64,000 bases of DNA from an uncultured Planctomycetaceae bacterium. GTDB taxonomy: Bacteria; Planctomycetota; Phycisphaerae; SM23-33. The DNA lies in the NCBI GenBank assembly GCA_964632015.1, contig CAZWAT010000001.1, positions 1,834 to 65,833 on the forward strand, read 5' to 3'. The translations under genes were made by a program, and so were the position numbers. Of this stretch, positions 1 to 8,756 are shown piece after piece. Each line of letters starts with the position of its first letter. The stretch's first letter is position 1. The notes under the pieces were generated by a model. It saw only the letters and a list, made by a program, of their open reading frames with translations. It searched no databases and had not been told where the DNA came from.

Positions 1-2
1 TC

Positions 3-386
3 TGGAAACTCGGGCGCGTGTTGCAGCGCCTGCACGACAATAACTTCGCTCACCGCGATCTCAAGGCGGACAACATGATGATCTACCACCCCACGACCGG
101 TGGTCTGGAAGTGGTGCTTATAGATCTTGACGGCCTGTCCCAACGACGACACCTGAGCATGTCCAGACGATTCCAGGGGCTCATGAGACTTAACGTGTCG
201 TTGCTGAACTGCCATGTGGTAAACCATGCTGGCAGACTGAGAATGCTTCTTGCGTATCTTCGAAGACCCGCCTGTGGAAGGATTGATTTTAAGCCTTACT
301 GGCGGATGCTGGAGAAATGGTCGGACAGAAAGCTTAATCAGCAGATTCGATCGCGACAGAAGAGACAAAAGGCAAAGAGACTTTAA
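3..386 (+). CDS. LPS/Kdo kinase-family protein, C-terminal fragment (gene begins upstream of window)
   Basis: Reading frame is open to the 5' edge. HRDLKADN catalytic-loop motif and LIDLDG (DFG-like) motif fit Kdo/WaaP-type LPS kinases. An LPS heptosyltransferase follows directly. Confidence 0.5.
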   Translation, partial: WKLGRVLQRLHDNNFAHRDLKADNMMIYHPTTGGLEVVLIDLDGLSQRRHLSMSRRFQGLMRLNVSLLNCHVVNHAGRLRMLLAYLRRPACGRIDFKPYWRMLEKWSDRKLNQQIRSRQKRQKAKRL

Positions 387-406
387 CAGAATCCATTATT
401 GTTTCC

Positions 407-1468
407 ATGGACATCTTTCCTAACAAAATATTGATTATCAAGCCCAGTTCGCTTGGCGACATAGTTACGGCTATGCCCGTGCTGATAGGTTTGAGGAGAA
501 CCTTCCCCAATGCGCACATATCGTGGCTGGTTGGAAAGAGTTTTGCGGAACTCCTCGAAAGCCAGCCCGAGCTTGATGAGCTGGTGGTGTTTGACCGTCG
601 AGGGGCCTCGGGGGCATGGCGATCACCAAGGGCGGCACGAATCGTAGGGCAGCTATTGTCGAAACTCAGGCGGGCAAGATATGATTGGGTCATAGACCTG
701 CAAGGGCTACTGCGAACGGGCCTGTTTACGCGCTCCACGAAAGCGCCCATGCGGGCAGGATTCGCCGATGCGCGTGAAGGCGCGTGGATCGGGTATAATC
801 GCAGAATACAGGTGAGCGTTCGACATACCATGGAGCGCAACGTTGAACTCGTGCGGGCACTGGGCGTCGACGCCCGCGTCGAGGACATGAAGCTGACCGT
901 AAGCCACCAGGCGATGGAATACGCCCAAGGTGTTTTGCACAGGCTTGCACTTCGCAAAGGTGGATACCTTGTATGTTTTCTGTCGACGCGCTGGCCGACT
1001 AAGGTGTATCCATATCGCCACTGGGCGTCTGTGCTGGCGAAGCTGAGCCAACGAGTGCCAATGGTTCTTATGGGTACGTCAGGCGAGGCCGAAATCGCCG
1101 CCAGACTTGCACAGACGCTCGGCCCGAGGGTTATAGACCTGGTCAACCAGACATCTATCCCACAGATGGTCGCCATGGTGGCGGACTCCGGCGGAGTCAT
1201 ATGCCCCGACTCCGCGGCGAATTTCATAGCCCCGGCGCTGGGCGTTGACGTAGTCACTCTTATTGGACCGACAAAGGTCGAGCGAACCGGTCCGGTAGGT
1301 ACGAATGTGGCGATAACCGCACCAGTCCCCTGCCAGGGATGCCTACGGAAAAAATGTTTGCACATGACGTGTATGGAATCGATATCGCCTGAATCAGTCG
1401 CAAAGTCGGCTGAGGCAATGATTGACAAGGTGACGGACGGATGGTCAGGACAACCACCCGAAAACTGA
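407..1468 (+). CDS. ADP-heptose:LPS heptosyltransferase (glycosyltransferase family 9)
   Basis: N-terminal KILIIKPSSLGDIVTAMPVL is the classic GT9 (RfaF/RfaC/RfaQ) start. Length of 353 aa fits, as does the LPS gene context. Confidence 0.7.
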   Translation: MDIFPNKILIIKPSSLGDIVTAMPVLIGLRRTFPNAHISWLVGKSFAELLESQPELDELVVFDRRGASGAWRSPRAARIVGQLLSKLRRARYDWVIDLQGLLRTGLFTRSTKAPMRAGFADAREGAWIGYNRRIQVSVRHTMERNVELVRALGVDARVEDMKLTVSHQAMEYAQGVLHRLALRKGGYLVCFLSTRWPTKVYPYRHWASVLAKLSQRVPMVLMGTSGEAEIAARLAQTLGPRVIDLVNQTSIPQMVAMVADSGGVICPDSAANFIAPALGVDVVTLIGPTKVERTGPVGTNVAITAPVPCQGCLRKKCLHMTCMESISPESVAKSAEAMIDKVTDGWSGQPPEN

Positions 1469-1965
1469 AATACCTTATAATTCATCGGGTCTTGAGCCTG
1501 GACGACACCCCCCATCGAATAGCCTTGGGAGTGGCGATAGGCGTGTTCGTCACATGGACGCCCACCATCGGTCTGCAGATGGTGCTGACCATCGCAATAG
1601 CGACCCTGCTTAAAGCCAACAAATTTGTCGGCGTGCCAGTCGTGTGGTTGTCGAATCCATTCACGCTCGTCCCGATCTACTATCCAAGTCACTTGCTTGG
1701 CTGCTGGATTACGGGAAGCCAGACCAAGGGCGCCCGCGAGATTTTACGAATTCTCCGCCTGGAAGAGGGCTGGTACAACATGCTCATAAAGACCATGGAC
1801 ATGTACCTGACGATGTTGCTTGGCAGCATTGTCATAGGTCTTGTCCTGTCGGTGATAACGTACTACATAACGAGATTCGCCATTCGGAAATACCGCATGT
1901 TCCGCAAGCACCATCCCCACCTGATCCGCAGACCCAGGCGCGAGAAGCAGAATTCCACCCCCTGA
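1441..1965 (+). CDS. DUF2062-family membrane protein
   Basis: A basic N-terminus followed by ...AIGVFVTWTPTIGLQMVLTIAIATLLKAN... matches the DUF2062 architecture. It overlaps the heptosyltransferase stop by 28 nt, suggesting an operon. Confidence 0.5.
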   Translation: MVRTTTRKLKYLIIHRVLSLDDTPHRIALGVAIGVFVTWTPTIGLQMVLTIAIATLLKANKFVGVPVVWLSNPFTLVPIYYPSHLLGCWITGSQTKGAREILRILRLEEGWYNMLIKTMDMYLTMLLGSIVIGLVLSVITYYITRFAIRKYRMFRKHHPHLIRRPRREKQNSTP

Positions 1966-2050
1966 TGAGCCTGCCCATCCCACTTCTTTTGCTCCACATC
2001 AGGGCTAGAATTGTACAGGATAAGAATCGGGTGGATGGGAGGAGCTTGAC

Positions 2051-2494
2051 ATGAAAGCTCAAGACCTGATGACAAGGGATGTCTGGTCATGTCACGAGGA
2101 TACATCGCTACAGGACGTCGCCAAGATCATGTTCGAGAGGGAAGTCGGCGTCGTGCCCATAGTCGATAGCGAGCATCGCCTCAAGGGAATCGTGACCGAC
2201 AGGGACATATGCATTCGAGCGGTGTCGCAGGGCAAGGATCTGCAATCTAAGGTTTCGGAAATCATGACCAAATCGCTGCATTTCGTCAGCGGCGATGCAG
2301 ACGCGGACGAAATAGAAGCCGTGATGAAAGAATACAGGATACGGCGTCTACCCGTGGTCGATGAAAACCGTAAACTTAAGGGCTTGATCACCTTGGGTGA
2401 CCTTGCCAAGCACATCCACGGGCTCTGGAAGGAGCACCACCTTGCCGAGACCCTTGAAGCAGTCTCGTCAGGACCTGAAAGCGACACATTTTAA
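2051..2494 (+). CDS. CBS-pair domain protein
   Basis: Two CBS repeats (MTRDVWSCHEDTSLQDVAKIM... and RLPVVDENRKLKGLITLGDL) in a stand-alone 147-aa protein. Confidence 0.7.
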   Translation: MKAQDLMTRDVWSCHEDTSLQDVAKIMFEREVGVVPIVDSEHRLKGIVTDRDICIRAVSQGKDLQSKVSEIMTKSLHFVSGDADADEIEAVMKEYRIRRLPVVDENRKLKGLITLGDLAKHIHGLWKEHHLAETLEAVSSGPESDTF

Positions 2495-2638
2495 CATGCA
2501 CGCGGGCATAGCGGGCGGGGCCATCAACCTCGCCCGCTGCCCACCGGGAGGCACAGAAGACTAAGCGAACCCCGGGCAATAAACAACAAAGGTGAGATCC
2601 ACCTTAACTCCGAAGCCCGCTGAGGGTACAATATCGTC

Positions 2639-3661
2639 ATGTCTTCACGCGAACACGGTGCGGATGTAGCCCAGATGCTCGAGGACTTCGAGCACACATA
2701 TACCCAAGTGACTGCACAGGTTGCACGGGTGCTTGTGGGCCAGCGAAACGTATTGGATGAAGTCATGACATGCCTGCTGGCAGGCGGGCATGCACTTCTT
2801 GAAGGCGTACCTGGGCTGGGCAAGACACTGCTCGTTCGCAAGCTTGGCGAAGCGCTGGATCTGACGTTTGGGCGAATCCAGTTTACACCCGACCTGATGC
2901 CATCCGACATCACCGGCACGCAGATACTCGACTCGTCACCCACCGGACCCAAAAGCTTCAAGTTCGAACCCGGGCCAATATTCGCTAACCTGGTTCTCGC
3001 CGACGAGGTCAACCGCGCCACCCCTAAAACGCAGTCGGCCATTCTCGAGGCAATGCAGGAACGAACCGTCTCCATCGCCGGAACCAGCCATCCGCTGCCC
3101 GAACCTTTCATCGTGCTCGCCACCCAGAACCCTCTTGAGATGGAGGGAACCTACCCCCTGCCGGAAGCACAGCTTGACAGATTCATGCTCAAGATCGTTG
3201 TCCCGCCTCCGTCATCATCGGAACTGGTGGAGATTCTTGATCGCACCACCGGATCATCCGAGCCTGAAGTCAATGCCGTTGCCAACGCAAGGAAGATCGC
3301 CCGGATGCAGCAGATCGTTCGTGAAGTCCCCGCTGCCACTGCGGTCAAGAAGTTCGTTGCCGATCTTGTGCTCAATACCCATCCGACCTGCCCCACCGCG
3401 CCTCCGTCGATCAGAAAATATGTTCGCTATGGGGCATCGCCGCGAGGGGCGCAGTCGATACTGCTGGCTGCGAAGGTGCGGGCACTGTGCAAGGGCAGGT
3501 GCAACGTGAGCTACGATGATGCCATCAAGTCGTCAGCCCCCAGCCTGCGTCACCGCCTGATTCTCTCATTTGAAGGACAAGCCCAAGGCGTCCTGCCGGA
3601 TTCTCTCATCGAAGACGCCATCGCCTCGGCGGAGCATATGCGTCAGGAATCTGACGCCTGA
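2639..3661 (+). CDS. MoxR-family AAA+ ATPase
   Basis: Walker A GVPGLGKT, Walker B LADEVNRATPKTQSAILEAM, and an overall MoxR layout (HALLEGVPGLGKTLLVRKL...). Confidence 0.8.
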   Translation: MSSREHGADVAQMLEDFEHTYTQVTAQVARVLVGQRNVLDEVMTCLLAGGHALLEGVPGLGKTLLVRKLGEALDLTFGRIQFTPDLMPSDITGTQILDSSPTGPKSFKFEPGPIFANLVLADEVNRATPKTQSAILEAMQERTVSIAGTSHPLPEPFIVLATQNPLEMEGTYPLPEAQLDRFMLKIVVPPPSSSELVEILDRTTGSSEPEVNAVANARKIARMQQIVREVPAATAVKKFVADLVLNTHPTCPTAPPSIRKYVRYGASPRGAQSILLAAKVRALCKGRCNVSYDDAIKSSAPSLRHRLILSFEGQAQGVLPDSLIEDAIASAEHMRQESDA

Positions 3662-3696
3662 TCAAAGCCGCAACCACCATCGGACGACCCTGCCAT

Positions 3697-5385
3697 TCAG
3701 CGGACTTTCTTTAGAACCCGTAATACCTCTTCAAGTGATGTCCCGCCCGTCTTAAGCAGTGAGTTTGCGGAGGTCCAGAGCGACGCCAGCCCCGTTGGAT
3801 GTCGCTGCCTCAGTCGCGATGATGTTTGGGGCGTGGTTACAAACGTGGATGCGAGCAGCGCTGTCTGATTGTAACCTCCCCTGCAATCCTTGCATCCCGC
3901 CGGGGCGAACAACGGAAACTCCATCCCTTTCCCAATGAGTTCCGGCGGGAGCGCATCCTGTCCAGGGCCGGTGGTCTGTTTTCTGCATCGCTCGCACAAC
4001 AGCCGAACCGTTCGGACTGACGTGATGCCCGCGACAACCGACGATAGACGCCACTCGTCGAGCCCCATATCCCTGAGTCGGGCCAACGCGTCGCACACGC
4101 TCGCCTCGGTCATCCTTGCCACCACAAGCGCGCCCCGCGAAGCAGCGCCGGCTGCGGCGTTGGCGGTGGCCGGGTCAAGAATGTCGGTGAGAATCGCATC
4201 ATGGGCTTGATGGGCGAGAATCTCCATCGCGCCTGCAACGCTCGAAGGGTCAGCCTCATGCTTGGCGCGAGGTACGTCGCTCGGCGCGGCATCCAGCACT
4301 GCCGATATGGTACTCCTGCCGGCGCCTCCAAGCTCGTGCATAAGGGCGTCACAAAAACGCCTTGCACCCGATCTTGGTGGGGCAGTGACGATCATCAATC
4401 CCCAGCTTCGCGAAACCACTGCCCGCAATGTCTTCAGATCCTCTTGTCCCAATCCGAGTGTTTCGAGCCCCCCGGCGGGTGGTAGGAGCAACTCGATATT
4501 CACCATGCTCCCGTCAATAGTCCCGCAGACAGATGCAACGCATGTAACTTCCCCACCATTTGTCCGCAGCTTGAACTCTCCGATGCCCTTGCCGTCAGCA
4601 AGACCCGCCCTATCTGCAAGATCGGCGATGACCTCTTTACCCAGACCAGAAGGGAGCCGACGACGGAAGCCGGGCTTTTCGTTCAGCATCCCCCCAATCC
4701 TCAAGGCGAGCGTAAGATCGTCGTTCCGCAAATGCAGACGCACCCCGGACGCACGGCATCGCACGGCGTCATCAAGCACCGCATCGAGAATCTGCTGAGC
4801 CCTGCCGCTGGGTTCGGGTTTTGTGGAACTGACCTTCAGATCCGCCGGGGGAAGATGAGTATCCTCCTGGTCGGCATGGGTATTGGAATCATCAGTTTTA
4901 GGCGTGTCGCAAGGAACGCCCACAGGCTCGGAAGCGTTCTGAATCTCTTCACTCTCGGCGGGCTGTTTCCGCAGGAGTTCTTCGTTAAATTCAGACGCAA
5001 GACGATCAGGTCTGGGTGTGCTTGCTTCGCGTAGGCTCACATCAGACATCTCGCCGGTGAGCACTGTTTCGCTATTGTTCCGTGCGGCTGCCAAAAGCCT
5101 GCGGGGGCTTTCGTCGCTTGCGAGTGTGGCAACGCATGGAACCTCAACTTCAGGAGTCTTTTCGTCGTGGCCCTCCTCTGACGAGACGGTCTTGGCGAGG
5201 ATCAATTCTATATCTATCCCCTGCGCCTTGAGGAATCGCACAAGCTGCGTTTCGCTTATCCGATAGGTCCTGTCGTCGAGTTTATGACAACGCAACCAGC
5301 CCTTGTCGATCCATGAACGAACCTCCGCGGGTGTAACACCCAACAGATCGGCAAGCTGGTAAATGGTGAACGAACGTTCTGCCAT
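3697..5385 (-). CDS. MerR/excisionase-type HTH fused to a GspE/PilB-family type II/IV secretion ATPase core with degenerate Walker A/B (probable pseudo-ATPase)
   Basis: ATG at 5385 has a GGAGG RBS 5 nt upstream; the ORF-track start at 5430 is TTG. N-terminus FTIYQLADLLGVTPAEVRSWIDKGWL is an HTH. The middle region (RASGVRLHL..LALRIGGML..LADRAGLADGKGIGEFKL) resembles the T2SSE N2 domain. The Walker A position reads APPRSGAR instead of GPTGSGKT, and the His-box region reads ARMTEAS. The C-terminal tetracysteine CERC...CKDCRGGY is retained. Confidence 0.6.
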   Translation of the reverse strand: MAERSFTIYQLADLLGVTPAEVRSWIDKGWLRCHKLDDRTYRISETQLVRFLKAQGIDIELILAKTVSSEEGHDEKTPEVEVPCVATLASDESPRRLLAAARNNSETVLTGEMSDVSLREASTPRPDRLASEFNEELLRKQPAESEEIQNASEPVGVPCDTPKTDDSNTHADQEDTHLPPADLKVSSTKPEPSGRAQQILDAVLDDAVRCRASGVRLHLRNDDLTLALRIGGMLNEKPGFRRRLPSGLGKEVIADLADRAGLADGKGIGEFKLRTNGGEVTCVASVCGTIDGSMVNIELLLPPAGGLETLGLGQEDLKTLRAVVSRSWGLMIVTAPPRSGARRFCDALMHELGGAGRSTISAVLDAAPSDVPRAKHEADPSSVAGAMEILAHQAHDAILTDILDPATANAAAGAASRGALVVARMTEASVCDALARLRDMGLDEWRLSSVVAGITSVRTVRLLCERCRKQTTGPGQDALPPELIGKGMEFPLFAPAGCKDCRGGYNQTALLASTFVTTPQTSSRLRQRHPTGLASLWTSANSLLKTGGTSLEEVLRVLKKVR

Positions 5386-5700
5386 CTGTGCCTCCGAAGA
5401 TATTATGTCAGGCTTTGTGCGATGCGTCAACCGGAGTAATTAACGCCGCTTTGGCGAAGCCAGAAGTGCGGGCCGGCGTACAGAACGATTACCAACGGTA
5501 GATCCAAACTACCGCGGGATTGTTACGATATTCACTTACACGAGTTAAGTATGATGTTCTTGAAGCTTGTTTGACAAACGGATGCGGAGAAACGGTAAGG
5601 CGGACATTATTAGCGTCTCACAACAATCAGATAGCCCCTGTTTGACCCAAATCCGGAATGGTGAACAGGCAAACAAGGCGCCTGTGCGAACATAGTTGTT

Positions 5701-5752
5701 CGAACAACCAACAAAGCACAGAGCGGACGGTATTGAGTCCACTCTGTGCTTT
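5701..5752 (-). terminator. Rho-independent terminator downstream of the V-ATPase operon
   Basis: Perfect 11-bp stem AAAGCACAGAG / CTCTGTGCTTT with an 18-nt loop. On the minus strand it is followed by GUUGGUUGUUCG, a U-rich tract. It sits just 3' of the atpK stop at 5775. Confidence 0.55.
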
Positions 5753-5774
5753 GCAATTGGAGGTTAAACTTGTC

Positions 5775-6239
5775 TTAACCCGGCATGATCAGCAGCGGGA
5801 AGACAAATCCGAACAGGCCCACAGTTTCGGCAATACCCATGGCGATAATCATGAACGCCAGGCCCTTGCCTTCGCCTTCGGACAAAGCTCTACATGCCGC
5901 GGCCCCGATGCTTCCCTGCATCCACGCGCTGAACATTTCGGCCAGTCCGCCCGCCAGACCGATACTGAACAGCGCGCCGCTGAAGGGTAGGCCTACTTCG
6001 ACGCTCTGTTCAATCGCCAGCGGGAACAGCCCCACCAGTGAGAGAATCAGTCCATAAATGGTCTGGGAAAGGGGCATACCTATAAGGATGATATAGGTGA
6101 AGCTAAGGCGTTTGCCTTCGCGTGCTTCTTTTGCCCACGCGCCTGCCGCCGCTCGGCCTGCCGCCCCGATACCAAGCGCACTACCCAGTGCACCAAGCCC
6201 CAGGGGAATAGCCATCGTCAACTGTCCGATAAGTTCCAT
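5775..6239 (-). CDS. atpK: V-type ATP synthase subunit K (duplicated 4-TM proteolipid)
   Basis: 154 aa with four hydrophobic helices. Helix 2 has PLSQTIYG and helix 4 has GIAETVGLFG with the conserved carboxylate. It is the last gene of the V-ATPase operon. Confidence 0.85.
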   Translation of the reverse strand: MELIGQLTMAIPLGLGALGSALGIGAAGRAAAGAWAKEAREGKRLSFTYIILIGMPLSQTIYGLILSLVGLFPLAIEQSVEVGLPFSGALFSIGLAGGLAEMFSAWMQGSIGAAACRALSEGEGKGLAFMIIAMGIAETVGLFGFVFPLLIMPG

Positions 6240-6242
6240 CTG

Positions 6243-8084
6243 TCAGGTCTCCTTGATCTGCTTTGCGGCGAAGGGCTCGTATGGATATCCCGCCCACTCA
6301 ACGCCGGCGTTATTCGAGAACTCAAGCATATTCAGGCGCACACCGTGCGCGAAGATAGCGATCATGGCCAGCGCCATGTTTAGTACGTGTCCAATAACCA
6401 CAACCGGCGCCGCGACGAACCACGTTGCGACTTCGGCAAGGTCCGCCCCCATGCTGTTGAAGGAATCGGCGATGTAATAGCTCGCCAGCCCCACAGCCAT
6501 CAGTCGGATATAGCTCATTGTGTCACTAAACGTTCCAAGGGCCGGCAGAAGGGCATTCGCCAATCCCTTGAACACCCGCTTGACTGGGTTCGCGTCCGGG
6601 GAAAGGAAAAGCATCACAAGCGCCCCGCCGATTATCAGCAGGCTGAATATGACGTTTACAGGCATAAGCTGCTCGCCGCCCCTGCCGAAAAACAGTGACC
6701 AAATAATTCCCAGCATGCCCCACATGAACACGATCCATCCAACCTCCGCCAGGGCCTGTTGGGAGGGCGCCAGAAACAGCGACCTTCGAAGGTGCGCCAG
6801 GGTCAGGTGGATAATGCCTATTATGAAGCTGATTTTCATCAGCAGGTTTCTTCCCTCGGCTGCGTCACGCATCCAGATGGGGGCAACCGCCTCCATCACG
6901 TTGCCCACTACCGCCCACGAGCCGCCCATTTCCTGCAAAACGTCCGGAGTGATTCCGAAATATTGACCCGATAGCACGCCCCAGATCATCGTCGCCACGC
7001 CGAACACTATCAGCAGATTGACCTTGGGGGAGTTTTCCGGATCGGCAGTGAGTTTGCGATAAAACGCCAAGGGCACCAGCGCGAAAATCAGGCCATACCC
7101 GAAGTCGCTTATCAGCATTGCGGCGAACAGGGGCAGCGCGAGCATGAAGAACCCCGACAGATCGACCTCGCGATACCCCGGGATGGTGCCCAGAATGTCG
7201 AACAAGCCCTTGATGGGCATTGCCCAGCGCGGATACCTGACAAGCGTCGGGGGAGTTTCGTCCTCATCCGGCATCATGGCCTCAATCGCCGCCGTGATGC
7301 CCATCGCTTCAAGCTCCGCGCCGAGTGACATAGCCCGATCAAACGGGACCCACCCTTGGATTGCGAAAAAGTGCTCGTGATCAAGGGCGCTACGCGTTGC
7401 GACGACCCATTGTGCGTCGAGCTGAACCTGCATTCTGCGAGTCTTCATATCTCCAGCAAGATGGGCAAGTTCCGCAAGACGTCTTGTCCCCGCCTCGATC
7501 TCGGCGTCGATCTTCTGCGCCTCGGCAAGCACCGTGGGTCGATCATGCGTCGGCAGTTCCACCACGGTTGCGCCCTGGGGCACATAATCGATCGGCTCGC
7601 GGAACACCACCGCCACCAGTGATGTCTTTTTGTCTATCGCCCGGATCGTCTCTACGCATTCAGCATCGATTGGGGGAGGATTCGAAGAGTCAACGGCATA
7701 AAACCGCAGGTGCAGTCCCTTGTCCTCAAGTCTCTTGAAATCGTCAAGCCTCACATCGCCCCAAACCTCTAGCTGCTCGACCTGGCGATGCAGGTTGGCA
7801 AGTCTGCCGCGAAGCTCGGTCGCCCGACGTTCGATGTTCAGTGTTTCCTCCGCTGCCGATTCCGGTGAAACGTCCGGTTTGTTTCCGGCAGGGGAAATAG
7901 CTTCGAGTATCTGCACCGCTCGTCCGAGCTGGTCTATGGTGGTAAGCATTGGCGCGTCGGCCTGGGCTCGCGAGGGATCGACAGGCTTCAAGTGCACCAC
8001 CCCCAGCTCGCGCAGCGCCGCCAGCAGCTTGTCGCGCTGATCCATGGTGCAGGCAATATGGGTCTTGTACATCTTGACGATCAT
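6243..8084 (-). CDS. atpI: V-type ATP synthase subunit I (a-subunit)
   Basis: 613 aa. N-terminal MIVKMYKT...LGVVHL is followed by a soluble coiled region and a multi-TM C-terminus. It lies between the D and K subunits. Confidence 0.85.
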   Translation of the reverse strand: MIVKMYKTHIACTMDQRDKLLAALRELGVVHLKPVDPSRAQADAPMLTTIDQLGRAVQILEAISPAGNKPDVSPESAAEETLNIERRATELRGRLANLHRQVEQLEVWGDVRLDDFKRLEDKGLHLRFYAVDSSNPPPIDAECVETIRAIDKKTSLVAVVFREPIDYVPQGATVVELPTHDRPTVLAEAQKIDAEIEAGTRRLAELAHLAGDMKTRRMQVQLDAQWVVATRSALDHEHFFAIQGWVPFDRAMSLGAELEAMGITAAIEAMMPDEDETPPTLVRYPRWAMPIKGLFDILGTIPGYREVDLSGFFMLALPLFAAMLISDFGYGLIFALVPLAFYRKLTADPENSPKVNLLIVFGVATMIWGVLSGQYFGITPDVLQEMGGSWAVVGNVMEAVAPIWMRDAAEGRNLLMKISFIIGIIHLTLAHLRRSLFLAPSQQALAEVGWIVFMWGMLGIIWSLFFGRGGEQLMPVNVIFSLLIIGGALVMLFLSPDANPVKRVFKGLANALLPALGTFSDTMSYIRLMAVGLASYYIADSFNSMGADLAEVATWFVAAPVVVIGHVLNMALAMIAIFAHGVRLNMLEFSNNAGVEWAGYPYEPFAAKQIKET

Positions 8085-8734
8085 GGCGCCACTTCCTCCG
8101 GGGCATCCTCGACGGCCGGGCCTATATGCTCCTTGTCCGCCTGCAGACGTCCCTTGGCCATCTTCGCCCTTCCAACCGCGGCGGTGCTCTCGTCACCAAG
8201 GCGAATGCGGATTACACGAATGGCCTCGCGGGCCTCAGGAATCTTCACCTTCTCGAACAGGTTCACGCGCTGGATGATCTTGGTGAGCTCTTCCTGAAGC
8301 AACTCGTACTGCTGGGACAGAATATCCGCCCGCGCGACAAGCCTGCTGATTTCCCGCAGGGCCTCCAGCGTCTTGTCAACCCACACGGGCGTGGCGAAAA
8401 GGCTGTAAGTGACCGGTGGAAACTTAACATCCTCCAGAATCGGAATCGTCACCCCGGCAATGTTGCGAGTGGACGTTTCAACCTGCTGGGGTTTCGACAT
8501 GCCTCGCACATTAACGCCCGACCGATCGTTGAGCAGACGCTCGTATGGAACGAACCTCTCGCGTGCTCCCGAGACATCCCGCTGGGCCTGGCGGTGACGA
8601 ATCTCGATGTCGCGCAGCGTCACCTGAAGCTGCTGCTGCTTGAGCTTGAGCATGGGCAGATATCGCTCGAACCTTCCGAGCATATCTCGCTGCCGCTTAA
8701 GATCCGGCCGAGTAAGTTTTATTTTGTTAGCCAT
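8081..8734 (-). CDS. atpD: V-type ATP synthase subunit D
   Basis: MANKIKLTRPDLKRQRDMLGRFERYLPMLKLKQQQLQ is a typical subunit D start. It overlaps atpI by 4 nt (ATGA). Confidence 0.85.
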   Translation of the reverse strand: MANKIKLTRPDLKRQRDMLGRFERYLPMLKLKQQQLQVTLRDIEIRHRQAQRDVSGARERFVPYERLLNDRSGVNVRGMSKPQQVETSTRNIAGVTIPILEDVKFPPVTYSLFATPVWVDKTLEALREISRLVARADILSQQYELLQEELTKIIQRVNLFEKVKIPEAREAIRVIRIRLGDESTAAVGRAKMAKGRLQADKEHIGPAVEDAPEEVAP

Positions 8735-8756
8735 CTTTCCTCAACCGTCGAAAACC

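Noticed and set aside
334-1692. 452-aa ORF antisense to the heptosyltransferase gene. Similar long antisense ORFs occur at 9021-9866, 10062-10946, 30269-31276, 35909-36730, 45473-46240, 49855-50643, 54697-55332 and 60911-61540.
   Set aside because: High-GC genomes produce long stop-free antisense frames. Each of these lies opposite a confidently identified gene with clear motifs. None has a start signal or a recognisable domain.
5431-5774. Small ORFs 5545-5742 (-) and 5658-5990 (+) in the atpK / pseudo-GspE spacer.
   Set aside because: They have no RBS or motifs, and they overlap the terminator hairpin and atpK. The region is better explained as terminator plus promoter space.
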